The translations under genes were made by a program, and so were the position numbers. From contig CM120643.1 of NCBI GenBank assembly GCA_051362555.1, positions 20,402,848 to 20,466,847 of the forward strand: a stretch of DNA of 64,000 nt, read 5' to 3'. Positions 62,475-64,000 of this stretch are shown in pieces; position 1 is the first letter of the stretch; each line of letters starts with the position of its first letter. This DNA is from Lingula anatina (Eukaryota > Animalia > Brachiopoda). The notes under the pieces are model-generated. The model was given only the letters and a program-made list of their open reading frames with translations. It made no database searches and was not told the DNA's origin.

Positions 62475-64000
62475 ATGAAGAGGATGACCAGCTCACGAGT
62501 AAGGTAAAGTTCCCTTTTTTATGATGCAGAAAGCTGTTAAAACGTTAGTTTGAAGTTGGTCTCGGCTTTTTTTATCGGCGAGAAGGGGGGGACTGTTCAA
62601 AATATTCTTTAAAAATTAATTTTCGTCCAATATGTCTACATAATATGAAAAAATATATTACTAAAGAAATGAGGGACTGCAGGTAGGACAAAGTTAGGCT
62701 TCATAGGCTGTAAACATATATAAATACGCAGATGAAGAACACAGTGGATCCGGTCGTATCCGCCATCTTGAAAATAAAGTTGTAGGATTCTGGCAAATTT
62801 GCAAGTTTTTGGAAAAATGTGAGAATGACACGATGTATCGAGTATACATACAGAAAATCTAATACTTCTGCAATACTTTTGGGTGATAAGTTTGTCAAAA
62901 TCTTTAAAAAATGGCGATAAATAGCCGTGACATGAGACGCGTTCAGTGATATCCCGAGTTTGATGTCAGCACACGCTATTAACACACCTTTCAGGGTTTT
63001 GCAGTTTACGGATCTTTGTACGATGAAAACATGTTAATGTTAGCTTTTATTTTACACCCAAATATATGTAGCGTGCATTGGGCTATATTGTTCAGATTGT
63101 CACGCAGCTGTTTTAACAAACGAACCATACTTATATTGAACTTTGTAAATTCGGACATTGGTCACGTGGTTTAGACCCAAATTTATGCCCATTTGAATTT
63201 GCACGTTTTAAGTATTTTTAATGGGAAATGATGAATTGACAGCTTGTTTTTCGTGAAATACTAGTCTGAAAGGGTGCATTGGTGTACAAATGAACTTCAG
63301 CGTAACAGCGGGTCTCTGTTTTTTTTACTCCTCTATCGTGGCACTTTTTAGCTCACCAACCTCGTTGTGGGAATGGAATATAACAGGCGTGTGTTTACAC
63401 AATTTTGAATTTGTTTTTATATTCTTAATGGAAATGTCAGTGGGAAATAACAATTTGGATTTTTTTTCTAGCCAGTTCTGAATATGCTTCTTACTTATAG
63501 AAAGTTTTATATGACCCTGGCTGTGCCAGTTCTATTAAATCACCACTTCCTTTGTATACATCTATATCATGAGGACCTTGCTATATTTACCACTTTGTAA
63601 TTGGGTACAAGTATTCTTTTGCTACAGTTGTTGATGATATCCTCCTCTGTAATTAGAACTGATTAGATGCACACCTTATCATGGTTGCAATTTCTATGGG
63701 CGATCTTTGCTATTGTCTAAAACACTATACCTGTGATTTGTCTGACTGTTTTATACCTGTAAAATTAACCTGGTCAGGTAAAATGGCACGTCCAGACAGG
63801 GGACATTATAAGCTATCTGAAACATAGACTGTGATACTTGTAGAAAATTGTCTGGTTAAATTTCCGAATGATCACGCAAGGGGAAAATGTACAGTTATTA
63901 TTTTTACTCTTTTCAGGTCTGTTATGGCCAATGAACATGGGGAAAAGAAAAGGTCACCATCTTCTGTTACTACTCCAGGCAGACAGAGGCTGCTGCTATC
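62475..64000 (+). CDS. 5' end of an unidentified gene (exons 62475-62503 and 63917 to beyond 64000)
   Basis: Strong acceptor tttttactcttttcag|; spliced frame MKRMTSSRVRSVMANEHGEKKRSPSSVTTPGRQRLLL is open to the window edge; alternative start at 63924. Confidence 0.45.

Noticed and set aside
62701-62985. Minus-strand ORF with AAGATGGCGG (MADTTGSTVFF...) suggesting a gene start
   Set aside because: Stops after 21 codons with no convincing donor; may be only a YY1-type motif in the first intron of the plus-strand gene

Overview
AT-rich, intron-rich animal genomic DNA (repeat content suggests an invertebrate, probably a lophotrochozoan; inference). Positions 1-45.9 kb hold a head-to-tail, minus-strand array of rapidly diverging VPS4 (ESCRT-III AAA+ ATPase) paralogues. 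(i) An apparently intact chimeric gene (ATG at 16457, running off the left edge) in which a truncated exon 4 is fused in frame to the end of exon 1 of the next copy, predicting a VPS4 with two tandem MIT domains. (ii) A complete 12-exon copy (33348-26001) with a TTAA MITE in exon 4 and altered Walker B, sensor-1 and Arg-finger residues. (iii) An orphan promoter plus exon 1 (34439). (iv) A 5'-truncated copy (exons 8-12, 45560-43063). The array is packed with Helentron-type elements carrying 146-bp internal satellites, hAT, Kolobok-type, Harbinger-type and MULE elements, LINE fragments and a solo LTR, several confirmed by empty paralogous sites. Positions 46-62 kb are a transposon patchwork with a large inverted duplication, and an unidentified plus-strand gene probably starts near 62.4 kb. 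All exon models were assembled by hand; human and yeast residue numbers are from memory.
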